Assembly: GCA_963976285.1 (NCBI GenBank)
Contig: CAXBJY010000012.1
Location: forward strand, 23,830 to 87,829
DNA from: an uncultured Gammaproteobacteria bacterium
GTDB taxonomy: Bacteria; Pseudomonadota; Gammaproteobacteria; Ga0077536
DNA length: 64,000 nucleotides
Reading direction: 5' to 3'
The notes beneath the pieces were generated by a model that ran no database searches, had not been told where the DNA came from, and saw only the letters and a program-made list of their open reading frames with translations. Positions 38,799 to 48,316 of this stretch are shown here, piece after piece; within the stretch, counting starts at the first letter, position 1; each line of letters starts with the position of its first letter. A program made the translations under genes and the position numbers.

Positions 38799-40040
38799 TC
38801 ACACGCCGGCCAGAATTTCCGCCGGCGGCGGGTGCCCGAGGAAGCCGAGCGGGCTCGCGGAACGGCCATACGCGCCGGATTGCAGCACGACGATCAGATC
38901 GCCGATATCGAGACGCGGCAACACGACGTTCTTCGCGACCATATCGAGTGGTGTGCACAGGGGGCCGACGATCGACACGGGTACACCGTCCGCGGCGGCG
39001 TTCAGCTTATTGCCGACGACAACGGGATAGTTCTTGCGCAGCACCTGGCCGAAATTGCCGGAATTCGCGAGGTGGTGATGCAGGCCGCCGTCGACGACGG
39101 CGAAGCGCTCGCCGCGAGATGTTTTAATATCCAGCACGCGGGTGACGTAGTAGCCGGCTTCACCCACGAGATAACGGCCGAGTTCGACGATGAGTTGCGT
39201 TCCGCGCAACGTCCCCGCGTGCGCGGCCATCGACTCGCCGAGCGCCGCGCCGACGGCCGCGATATCGAGGTCGCGTTCATTCTCGAAATACGGGATGCCG
39301 AAGCCTCCGCCGATGTTCAGCGACGCAAGCTCGAGCTCGCATTGCGCCGCAAGCTCACTCGCGAGTTGCAGGGACAGGCGGTTTGCTTCGCCGATCGCCC
39401 CGGCGTCGAGGTTTTGCGAACCCGCGTAGATGTGCAGACCGTCAACCGTGAGCCCCCCGGCACGCGCCGCGGCGACGACCGCGGGTACCTGTTCGACGTC
39501 GATGCCGAACTGGCTCGCATAACCGCCCATCTTCGCGCCGGAACGCTTCAGCTCGAAATCGGGATTCACCCGGAGACTCAGGCGCGGCACCGCCCCCGTT
39601 TCGGCGGCGATCGTCGCGATGCGGTGCATCTCGGTCAATGATTCGACCGACACACGCACCCCGGCCGCCACCGCCGCCCGCAGCTCTTCGATGCGCTTGC
39701 CCGGCCCCGCGAACCCGATCCGCGGCGCGGACATACCGCTGTCGAGCGCAATCCGCATCTCGCCGGCGGACGCCACATCGAAACCATCGACGAGCGCGGC
39801 GAGTTGCGCGACGAGTTCGGGCTGCGGGTTGGCCTTAATCGCGTAATGCAGTTGTACCGGCTCCGGCAAGGCTTTACGCAAGTCGTCGACCCGCTGCGCG
39901 ACGAGGTCCCGGTCGTAGGCATAGAACGGCGTCGACCCGACCCGTCCGGCGAGTTCGCTCAGTCGCTGGCCGGCGATCAGCAGTTCACCCCGGTCGTGCT
40001 GTACCCGGGACAACCGCGCGTGTTGGCGTGCTTCGCTCAC
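38799..40040 (-). CDS. PLP-dependent group IV decarboxylase, exosortase A system-associated type
   Basis: HYAIKANP, DVASAGE, FAGPGK, HIYAGSQ, NIGGGFGIPY, ELGRYLV, GPLCTPLD, GAYG. Confidence 0.88.
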   Translation of the reverse strand: MSEARQHARLSRVQHDRGELLIAGQRLSELAGRVGSTPFYAYDRDLVAQRVDDLRKALPEPVQLHYAIKANPQPELVAQLAALVDGFDVASAGEMRIALDSGMSAPRIGFAGPGKRIEELRAAVAAGVRVSVESLTEMHRIATIAAETGAVPRLSLRVNPDFELKRSGAKMGGYASQFGIDVEQVPAVVAAARAGGLTVDGLHIYAGSQNLDAGAIGEANRLSLQLASELAAQCELELASLNIGGGFGIPYFENERDLDIAAVGAALGESMAAHAGTLRGTQLIVELGRYLVGEAGYYVTRVLDIKTSRGERFAVVDGGLHHHLANSGNFGQVLRKNYPVVVGNKLNAAADGVPVSIVGPLCTPLDMVAKNVVLPRLDIGDLIVVLQSGAYGRSASPLGFLGHPPPAEILAGV

Positions 40041-40041
40041 C

Positions 40042-41646
40042 TCAGGATCCGTCCGCCGCGGCATACCCGGGCGCATACGTGTGAGCCAGCGCGAGCCGGT
40101 CGACCTTGCCGTTCTGATTCAGCGGCATCGTGTCGAGCACGAAAATCTCCTTCGGTACCATGTAAGCGGGTAACGCGGCGCGACACGCGTCGAGCACCTG
40201 CACGGATGAAAACCCGCTCGCCGGCGCCCGCGGCACCACCGCGAGCCCGATCACCTGCCCCAGCGTTTCATCGGCGATCCCGAACGCACCGGCCATATCG
40301 ACGAGCCCGCTCGTGTAGGCGGCCTCCTCGATCTCTTCCGGGCTCACCCGGTAGCCCGACGTTTTAATCTGCCCGTCACGGCGACCCACGAAGTACAGGA
40401 ATCCATCGCTGTCCGTCCGCACGATATCGCCCGACCACACCCCAATCGCGGGCCTCCCGCTTGCATCGGTGACACCGGGAACGGCACGAAAACGTTCCGC
40501 GGTGGCGGCCGGGTTGTTCCAGTATCCCGCCGTCACGTGGCAGCCGCTGTGCACAAGTTCGCCCTCTTCGTCTGCTGCCGCCGGCTTCCCCGCCGCATTG
40601 ATAACGACAATATCCGCGCCCGGGATCGGGATCCCGATCGAACCCGGACGTTCATCGATATATTTCGGCGGCAGGTAGGTGGACCTGAATGCTTCCGTGA
40701 GTCCGTACATGAGAAACGGCTCGGCGGCCGGGAACAACGCACGAATCCGGGCGAGTACGCTGCGCGGTAACGCGCCACCGGAATTCGTGAAATAACGCAG
40801 CGCGGGGAATGATGTGTCCGCCGGCTCGAGCGCGGCGAGTTGACTCCACAGCGTCGGCACCCCGGCGAGCCCGGTAATGTCGTGTTGAGCCAGCGCGGTG
40901 AGGATGTCCCGCGCCAGCAGGTATTCGAACATGACGCACGTACCGCCGACGGCGAGCGCCGTTGTCAACTGGTTCAGGCCGTAATCGAAGCTGAACGGCA
41001 ATACCGCGAGCAGGCGATCGTCCGCCGACAGACGCAGGTACTCGGCGACGCTGTCGATCCCGGCGAGCAGGTTCGCGTGGGTCACGACGACGCCTTTCGG
41101 ATTACCGGTGGAACCGGAGGTGTACAACAACGCGGCGATCCCGGCGCGCGCGCGAACGGCCACTGTGGCGGCATCGCGGTCGCGCGCACGGGTGATCCCG
41201 GCCCACGTCAGCGCGCGCCCGGCGAAGCCGTCCGGGTCCGCGAGCTCACCGTCCACGAGTACGCGTCCGGCCAGTGGTTCACTGGCAATCAGCGCCGCAT
41301 GTCGCGCCGCCCGCTCCGCGCTCGTCACGAGCAGTTTCGCCTCGCTGTCGCGCAGAATATGGCCCAATTGCGCCGCTTTCAGCAGCGGATTCACGGGCAC
41401 GAAGACGGCCCCAATCAATGACGCCGCATACGGCGCAAGCGCGCTCAGCAGCGTTTTCGGCAGGTATACGGCAATGCGATCACCGGCGCCGACCCCGGCT
41501 GCCTGAAACTGGCGCGCGAGCGTTTCGATGCTTGCCACGACCGATCCGTAGTCGACGGATGCCCCTTTGTGCACGATCAGCGCCGCGGCATCGGGGTTTG
41601 CTTCGGCGTTGGCGTACAGGGACTGGTGCAGCAGTTCGAAAGACAT
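40042..41646 (-). CDS. Acyl-CoA/acyl-ACP ligase (AMP-forming), exosortase A system-associated type
   Basis: YTSGSTGNPKG, LPFSFDYGLNQL, MYGLTEAFRS, WSGD, GRRDGQIKTSGYRVSP, NGKVDR. Confidence 0.9.
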   Translation of the reverse strand: MSFELLHQSLYANAEANPDAAALIVHKGASVDYGSVVASIETLARQFQAAGVGAGDRIAVYLPKTLLSALAPYAASLIGAVFVPVNPLLKAAQLGHILRDSEAKLLVTSAERAARHAALIASEPLAGRVLVDGELADPDGFAGRALTWAGITRARDRDAATVAVRARAGIAALLYTSGSTGNPKGVVVTHANLLAGIDSVAEYLRLSADDRLLAVLPFSFDYGLNQLTTALAVGGTCVMFEYLLARDILTALAQHDITGLAGVPTLWSQLAALEPADTSFPALRYFTNSGGALPRSVLARIRALFPAAEPFLMYGLTEAFRSTYLPPKYIDERPGSIGIPIPGADIVVINAAGKPAAADEEGELVHSGCHVTAGYWNNPAATAERFRAVPGVTDASGRPAIGVWSGDIVRTDSDGFLYFVGRRDGQIKTSGYRVSPEEIEEAAYTSGLVDMAGAFGIADETLGQVIGLAVVPRAPASGFSSVQVLDACRAALPAYMVPKEIFVLDTMPLNQNGKVDRLALAHTYAPGYAAADGS

Positions 41647-41860
41647 GAACGTTGCGGGCGAACGGCGTGTGGAGGACCCGGGGATTATACTGGATGCGTT
41701 ACGGTGCGTCCCTTCGCCAAGGCACCGCTTGCCGGGTTATGCGACGCGCGTAATGCCGACCCGCAGACACTAGCGATACGCGCGACCTGACGCACGCCGC
41801 GAACGTGGCCGGTAGCGTAGAATTCACGTTCAGCGCTACATCACGACGCGGACGGACACC

Positions 41861-42991
41861 TTGCAGACAATCGATGAACTGAATATCGCCCACGTCGTCT
41901 TCGCGTTTGGCTACGGCGGCCTCGAACGCCGGATCCTGCGCCTGATCGACGGACTCGCCACCGATCGGGTCAACTTCCATATCATTTCCCTGCGCGATTC
42001 CGACGGCGCGTTCCTCGAGCCTGGCCCGCGGGTCACACACGAGGTATTGCACGCGCAACCGGGCATCGACGTGCGCGCGATCGCGGCGTTGCGCCGTTAC
42101 CTGCGCGCGCATGACGTGCATATCGTGCATTCACATAACTGGGTATCCATGCTCGAAGGCATCGTTTGCGCGCGTCTCGCGCACGTGCCCGTGGCCGTGC
42201 ATGGCGAGCACGGCGCAAGCCGCTTCCTGCCGGAGCAATTGCGCTGGCGCCGCACGCTTGTCCAGCGTCTGCTCGCGCGTGCGGCGGATCGGATCGTGCC
42301 GGTGAACGATCCGATCGCCAGGCGCGTACGCGAAGTCTGGGGGCTCGGTGACAACGCGATCACCGTGATCCAGAACGGGGTCGACGTCGCTAAGTTTGCC
42401 CCGACCGAGGCGCGGCGCGGTGAGGAAATCGTCATCGGCAGTATCAGCCGCCTCGAACCGATCAAGAACTTCCCGTGCCTCGTACGCGCCGTGGCGTTGC
42501 TGAATCGCGAGTACGGGACGCCGCGTTACCGGCTCGTCATCGTCGGCGCGGGGAGTGAGCTCGAACGCCTCGATGCGCTCGCGCGAGAACTCGGGGCGAC
42601 GGATTTCATCGAGTTTCCCGGCGCTACCGACGCCCCGGAGGACTGGTACGGCAAGTTCGATATCTACGTGAACTGCTCGTTCTCCGAAGGCATGAGCAAC
42701 ACCGTGCTCGAAGCAATGGCCTGCGGGCTGCCGGTCGTGGCGTCCGACGTTGCGGGTCATCGCACGTGGCTCGACGAGGGCGAGAATGCCGTGTTTTTCC
42801 CGTCCGACGAACCCGCGGCGCTCGCCACGGCGCTCGCGTCACTGGATGAACCGGCGCGGCGCCGGATCGGGGCGACGAACCGCACGAAAGTTGTCGACCG
42901 CTACAGCCAGGCGACGTTTATCGCGGCCTATCGCCGCCTGTATACGGAATTGCTTGCGGCCCGGGGCTATCGCTACCACTTCGACGATTAA
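41861..42991 (+). CDS. GT4 glycosyltransferase
   Basis: GYGGLERR, VHGEHG, IQNGVD, SRLEPIKN, SFSEGMSNTVLEAMACGLPVV. Confidence 0.88.
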   Translation: MQTIDELNIAHVVFAFGYGGLERRILRLIDGLATDRVNFHIISLRDSDGAFLEPGPRVTHEVLHAQPGIDVRAIAALRRYLRAHDVHIVHSHNWVSMLEGIVCARLAHVPVAVHGEHGASRFLPEQLRWRRTLVQRLLARAADRIVPVNDPIARRVREVWGLGDNAITVIQNGVDVAKFAPTEARRGEEIVIGSISRLEPIKNFPCLVRAVALLNREYGTPRYRLVIVGAGSELERLDALARELGATDFIEFPGATDAPEDWYGKFDIYVNCSFSEGMSNTVLEAMACGLPVVASDVAGHRTWLDEGENAVFFPSDEPAALATALASLDEPARRRIGATNRTKVVDRYSQATFIAAYRRLYTELLAARGYRYHFDD

Positions 42992-43113
42992 CGACGCGCG
43001 CCACGTGCGGGAACGATCGCGCGGCGGACCCGGCGCCCGGTCCGTCCCGCTCTTGCCGTCCGGTCGAGACGAAGCGCAAGCTTCATCGCAGTACCGAATC
43101 GCTTCGTTGCGCA

Positions 43114-44628
43114 CTATGATTTTTGCCCCGCCGCGGCGCTTCGGTGGCGGCGGGCGGCGAGCATCTCGAGGACGTCACGTTCGATCCCGCCCGGTTTACC
43201 GCACCCGAGCCACAAACCGAGCACCGCGAGCGCGTAAGTGATGGCTCCCGTCGTGATCTGGACGCCGAGTACGAGTCCGTCCGCGCCCGTTGCGACGAAG
43301 CCGGTGATCAGACGGACCGCGCCGGCCATGAGGGCGGCGGCAACGAGCGGACGCCAGACGACGTCGACGAGGCGCGCGCGGTTGATGTCGCGGGTAGTCG
43401 TGACCAGCCACGAAATGGCCCAGAAATTGAAGGCTACGAGCAACACTTTCGACCACGCAATCCCCTCGATGCCGGCAAGCCGGAATCCCGCGTACACCGC
43501 GAACGGCGTGAGCGCGGCACGTAAGAGCGCGATTTTTGCCACCGCATCGATATGCCCCGAAACCATGTTCAGCACGGCGCTCGCGGTCACGAGCGTACGC
43601 AACAGCGCATAGAAACACAGGATCTGCACGACCGGAACCGCGGCGTCCCAGTTCGGACCGAGCGCGATCGGAATGAACGCGGGCGCGACGAGCGCAAGAC
43701 CAATCGAGCACGGCGCGCCAACGAGCGCCGCCGCGGCCAGCGATTTCAGGTACGCCTGATCGAGCCGCGCCGGTTCGTCGCGCAGTTTTGCAAACCCCGG
43801 GATCAGGGCGCGTGACACCGGCGCGGTAATTTCCGGACCCGCCATGTTCGCGATTTCGCCACCGATTGAATAATGCCCGACGACCTGCGGCCCGCCGAGC
43901 GCACCGACGAACACGCGATCGATACGGGTCGCGATATGGTTGCCAATATGGGTTGCGAGCATCCATTTCGAGAACGACCAAATCGCGGAAAACGCCGCGA
44001 GCGAGAAGCGCGGCCGGTACGGGTGCATCACGTAACTGAACACGACTTCGGCGGCGTAACTGACGACGATGCCGATGACGAGCGCCCAGTAATTGCGCAA
44101 CCACAGCGCGAGCGCGAGGGTCGCGATCATCGCCGCCACCTTCGTCAGGAGTTCGTAAGTAAATTCACGACGGAATTCGAGTTCGCGGCGGAACAGGACG
44201 ACTCCGATATTCGCACTGCCGCGCACCATCGACGCGACGGCGACGACGAGCAGGATCGGCACGACCCGCTCATCGTCGTAAATGAATCCGGCGAACGGGA
44301 TCAGCGCGAGCATCGTGGCGCCCGCACCGAGCGCCTGCAACAGCCGCAGCGTCCAGCCCGTATCCAGCGTCGCGCGATCCGCCGAAGAACTCGTGATCAC
44401 GGCGTAGTCGACCCCGAATTCGAACAGGATATTCACGCTCGCGACGAGCACCATCGTCATCGCCGCGAGCCCGAAGTCTTCCGGTTCGAGCAGGCGGGCG
44501 AGGATGAACGTGCTGATGATCCCGAGCAGGCGCACGCCCCACTTCGTCGCCACCATCCATGCGGCGCCGCGGATTAGCTGGCCGCGCAGGGGCGGCGGTG
44601 TGGCACTCGTCGGATCGTTCGGTGTCAC
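43114..44628 (-). CDS. wzx: Wzx-type (PST family) repeat-unit flippase
   Basis: ILARLLEPEDFGL, multiple TM segments, FSKWM, VGHYSIG; GTGA overlap with the upstream gene. Confidence 0.85.
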   Translation of the reverse strand: MTPNDPTSATPPPLRGQLIRGAAWMVATKWGVRLLGIISTFILARLLEPEDFGLAAMTMVLVASVNILFEFGVDYAVITSSSADRATLDTGWTLRLLQALGAGATMLALIPFAGFIYDDERVVPILLVVAVASMVRGSANIGVVLFRRELEFRREFTYELLTKVAAMIATLALALWLRNYWALVIGIVVSYAAEVVFSYVMHPYRPRFSLAAFSAIWSFSKWMLATHIGNHIATRIDRVFVGALGGPQVVGHYSIGGEIANMAGPEITAPVSRALIPGFAKLRDEPARLDQAYLKSLAAAALVGAPCSIGLALVAPAFIPIALGPNWDAAVPVVQILCFYALLRTLVTASAVLNMVSGHIDAVAKIALLRAALTPFAVYAGFRLAGIEGIAWSKVLLVAFNFWAISWLVTTTRDINRARLVDVVWRPLVAAALMAGAVRLITGFVATGADGLVLGVQITTGAITYALAVLGLWLGCGKPGGIERDVLEMLAARRHRSAAAGQKS

Positions 44629-45725
44629 CGATGGGCCGCTGTAGAAAGCGCGCGAGAGAAGAAACCCACGGCTTCGGGCACGAAAAATTCATGCCCTCGA
44701 TCGGGCATGACTACAAGTTCGACGGCATCCCCCGCGCCCGCGGCTGACCATGCGGCCGCGACACCCAAGCGAAATGCCTCGGTCAACGGCCGATCCTCGC
44801 TACCGCGCAGTGCCAGCGTCGGCCGGGGCGCGAGCAGCAGAACGATGTCTTCCCGACGCATCAGCCGTATCAATCCGGGGATAATATGACAGTAGTGCGG
44901 TTGCGCTCCGCGGTCGCCTGAAGCGTAACCGAAAGGCCCAGCGGTTCCGCCGAACGCCGAAAAATATACGGCGCGCACGTCGTTCGACAAGGCGCCGAGC
45001 GTGACCGCGAGTTCACCACCTAGTGATGCCCCAGCGACACCTACACGCGCTGGATCGACAAAGTCGAACGACCGCAAAGCAGCAAGCGCATAGAGCGCGT
45101 CCGCAAGCACGATGCGCTTGTAGAACGATCCTTCGAGCAGTGCGTTGTAGGCGACGAGACGATGATCTGTATTATGCGGCGCGCCCAGCAAACCGAATCC
45201 GCGCAGTTCGAATGCGAGGGTCACGAATCCCGCGCGAGCAAGCGCCGTAGCGGCGGCGTGCTGATAGCTGTCTTCATCGTAGACAAGTTGCGCGAGGCCG
45301 GATTCATCGGGTTTTGTATGCCCCGGGATCAGAAGAACCGCCGGCATCGTGTCGCTCCCCCGCGGCCGGTGCAAAACCGCGGGAATGTGCGTTCCGTCGA
45401 GGCTCACGAACGTGAGCGTTTCGCGGATCAGGCCACCGCGCAGCGTTTCCGTTCGCACGACTGACGTCTGTACCTCACGCGGTTTTACCTGGCGAAAGTC
45501 GAAAACGTCTGTCAGGTGCGAGCGGAGATCCGTCTGCCATCGCAAAAACTGCTGTGCGTCACCGATGGGGGCCGGCGGCGGCACTGCACTGGTCATATTG
45601 ACGTAGCCAACGTCGCCAACACTGAATTCGTCCGCGAGTTTTGCAACGGGATCCGGCCGTGTCAGCCCGATGATCACGCCAATAAAAATGGCGAACCCGG
45701 CTGCAATCAAAAAATTTCTCGCCAC
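44625..45725 (-). CDS. Membrane-anchored alpha/beta hydrolase (esterase/deacylase-like)
   Basis: N-terminal TM anchor, PAVLLIPGH, GFGLLG, GASLGG nucleophile elbow, LAPRP, GHEF. Confidence 0.78.
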   Translation of the reverse strand: MARNFLIAAGFAIFIGVIIGLTRPDPVAKLADEFSVGDVGYVNMTSAVPPPAPIGDAQQFLRWQTDLRSHLTDVFDFRQVKPREVQTSVVRTETLRGGLIRETLTFVSLDGTHIPAVLHRPRGSDTMPAVLLIPGHTKPDESGLAQLVYDEDSYQHAAATALARAGFVTLAFELRGFGLLGAPHNTDHRLVAYNALLEGSFYKRIVLADALYALAALRSFDFVDPARVGVAGASLGGELAVTLGALSNDVRAVYFSAFGGTAGPFGYASGDRGAQPHYCHIIPGLIRLMRREDIVLLLAPRPTLALRGSEDRPLTEAFRLGVAAAWSAAGAGDAVELVVMPDRGHEFFVPEAVGFFSRALSTAAHR

Positions 45726-45742
45726 CCGTTCCGAGCCTCACA

Positions 45743-47080
45743 TCACGAACCGTACCTGGGTCCCGGCCGGTGGGCCCGCCGCCGGCCAGAACGTTCGTCA
45801 TACGTCTGGCGGGACACGCTTGATCGCTCGCGAACTTCCGGCAGATTCATCGTCGCTGCGATCATACCGATCATCCAGAACTGCACTTCGGCGAAGACGT
45901 AATTCGAAAACATTCCCGAGGCAAACACACTCGCGAGCACCGCGGCGAACATCGCGGCGAAAATACCGAGGTCGGTGTCGCGATCGAATTCAGCGATACT
46001 CTTCACACGAAACAGCTGTTTCGCGGACCACAGGTACAGCATAAGGTACAAGCCGCAACCGATGAATCCATAGGATACGAGCGCGGCCATGACCGAGTTG
46101 TGCGCAGCGCGACGGCCGTGACTGAGTAGGCGTGCGTCCATATAGCCGGGACTCAGCGCCCGCGTGCCCTTGTGACCAGCGCCAAGCGGATAATCTTTCG
46201 CCATTTCCCACCCAGCAGCAGCAATGTCGAAACGACTCGCCGCGCTATGGTCCATCGCCTCCTGTCCTTCCGTAACAAGAAATATCGAGGCAAGCCGGTC
46301 GAGAAACTGATCGTGTGCAAGCATGAGAAACAACACTAAAGCCAGCATCGACAGGAACCCGAACTGGCCGCGAAATCGGCGCGGGCAAAATACGGCAGCA
46401 GCGATGCCGCCAGATACCAACCCGAGGAACGCACCACGACTGCCGCTCAGAATCACGGTATTCAGGATCAGCGGAATGCACAAAAACGCGCCCCATTTGT
46501 AGCGTCCCCTGAACCCAAGAAGCATCATTGCACCGATCAAGACGCCCGTCACCATATGCATACCGAGGGTATTTGCGTCGGAGATCGCACCCGCTACGCC
46601 CTCAAGACGATCGCCAGACTTTCCGAACGCCTGCCAGCCGAACCACGTACAACCAACAATCATGACCAGCGAAATCGTTTTGAGCATTTCACGATCAATA
46701 GCGATCCGGTATATAGCGTAAGTGATCAACAGGTGCTTCGCGTACAGGATGCAACCTTCCCAGTGCTCCTCCGGATCGACCGCCCAGAAATACATCGGAA
46801 ACAGCAACACGACGAACGCGATGAATATTTTGAAACCGCCGATCTCCGTCCACTTCAGGCCCGAAGACTTCGTACTCTGAACGAGCAATGCAATGAGGGT
46901 GACAGAGCCCGCGATCATCAAATAGCGGATATCCGGCACGAGGTCTTCCCACCACGTCTTGTCCGGCGACATGAAGAATGCGAGAAAATACGTATACAGG
47001 CCGTATTTCGGGTGCACGAAAAATGCCGCGACAATACCCAGCGCGAACAGGCCGAGAAAAATGAGCGGCGTTAAGGACAC
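45743..47080 (-). CDS. Wzy-like polymerase / O-antigen-ligase-family membrane protein
   Basis: About 10-12 TM segments, DANTLG, SGSRGAFLGL, SAASR, YPLGAG, AHNS motifs. Confidence 0.82.
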   Translation of the reverse strand: MSLTPLIFLGLFALGIVAAFFVHPKYGLYTYFLAFFMSPDKTWWEDLVPDIRYLMIAGSVTLIALLVQSTKSSGLKWTEIGGFKIFIAFVVLLFPMYFWAVDPEEHWEGCILYAKHLLITYAIYRIAIDREMLKTISLVMIVGCTWFGWQAFGKSGDRLEGVAGAISDANTLGMHMVTGVLIGAMMLLGFRGRYKWGAFLCIPLILNTVILSGSRGAFLGLVSGGIAAAVFCPRRFRGQFGFLSMLALVLFLMLAHDQFLDRLASIFLVTEGQEAMDHSAASRFDIAAAGWEMAKDYPLGAGHKGTRALSPGYMDARLLSHGRRAAHNSVMAALVSYGFIGCGLYLMLYLWSAKQLFRVKSIAEFDRDTDLGIFAAMFAAVLASVFASGMFSNYVFAEVQFWMIGMIAATMNLPEVRERSSVSRQTYDERSGRRRAHRPGPRYGS

Positions 47081-47131
47081 GTCGGCGCGCTGTTTCGGTT
47101 CGACTGGATCATGCTGCGTTCGGTTTCGGGC

Positions 47132-48301
47132 TCAGGCCGCACTGTCAACGAGGATGGTCCGCAGCCGCTCGCACGTCGTGTCCCAGCCGAACGTTTCAGC
47201 CCTCGCGTGCAGTTCGGCGGCGGCCGGCGGGTCATCGAGACAGGTGCGCAAAGCCTCGGCGAACGCCGTTGGCGTTCGCCCCTGAACGAGCAGGCGCAGA
47301 CACGATGATGGTACGAGCTCCGGGATCGCGCCCACGGCCGTGGCGACGACCGGGGTTCCACACGCGATCGCTTCGAGCACGACATTCGGGCAGCCTTCGC
47401 TGCTCGAGGCCAGCGCGAAGACGTCGGCGGCATTGTAATAAGCGGGCAGCTCGGCGTTGTCCACCGCTCCGAGCAGGCGCACCCGATCGGCGACCCCCAG
47501 CTGTGTGATCAAGCGGTTCAGGTTTGTCTCCTCCTCGCCGGTTCCGATGATAATGAGCGATACCCCCGGCAATGTCGCGACGGCGCGGATCAGGATATCG
47601 TGCCCTTTCAGTTCCCGCAGATTACCCACGCTCAGCACGATCGGGCCAGCCGCGCCGAGGCGTTCGCGCAGCGCCGCTTCGGGGCGCGGGAAGAACCGGC
47701 CGCGATCGACCCCGTTCGGCAGCACGTGCACGACCGGGGGCGTATCGGTCAAGGCGCGTATTTTCGCCGCGAGTTCGCCGGAGACCGCGATCAGCGTTTT
47801 CGCGCGGCTCATCGCCCAACGGATCATGCGCCGCGGCAGCCAGTAGCGTGGCGAATCGTTGATGTCGGATCCGCGTGCCGTAATACACACGGGTACCCCA
47901 CACAGGCCCCCGAGCATTTGCGCCGCGACCCCGTCGGGAAAAACGAAATGCGCGTCGATCAGGTCAAAGGCAAACCCCTGGCGGCGCAGGCCCCGAACCG
48001 TTCGCAGCGCCCCCAAGACGAGCATGAGCGGCGCGAAACGCCACGTCAACTTCGGCACCACGAGGTAACGCGGATGCGAAATCTCGACCCCTGAGCGCGT
48101 TTCGCGTCGCGGCACCCGTGCGAATGCCGCGTAGCGCCCACCGCCGAGCCAGCGCGGAAACCACGGGACCGGCGCCACCACGCGAACGTCGCAGGGGTAA
48201 CGGCGGATCAACTCGAGCAGACGCTTTTCGACGAACAATCCATGATGCGGCTGCGCGGCGTTCGGGTACAGCGTCGTGAACACGAGTAGTTTCATCAGCA
48301 T
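47132..48301 (-). CDS. GT4 glycosyltransferase
   Basis: DAHFVFPDG, ARGSDIN, PNGVD, GNLRELKGH, SSSEGCPNVVLEA. Confidence 0.9.
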   Translation of the reverse strand: MLMKLLVFTTLYPNAAQPHHGLFVEKRLLELIRRYPCDVRVVAPVPWFPRWLGGGRYAAFARVPRRETRSGVEISHPRYLVVPKLTWRFAPLMLVLGALRTVRGLRRQGFAFDLIDAHFVFPDGVAAQMLGGLCGVPVCITARGSDINDSPRYWLPRRMIRWAMSRAKTLIAVSGELAAKIRALTDTPPVVHVLPNGVDRGRFFPRPEAALRERLGAAGPIVLSVGNLRELKGHDILIRAVATLPGVSLIIIGTGEEETNLNRLITQLGVADRVRLLGAVDNAELPAYYNAADVFALASSSEGCPNVVLEAIACGTPVVATAVGAIPELVPSSCLRLLVQGRTPTAFAEALRTCLDDPPAAAELHARAETFGWDTTCERLRTILVDSAA

Positions 48302-48316
48302 GAACCGGCAGGCGGT

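Noticed and set aside
41807-41818. ops/JUMPstart-like sequence GCCGGTAGCGTA before the GT4 gene
   Set aside because: It has two mismatches to GGCGGTAGnnTG and no upstream JUMPstart half.
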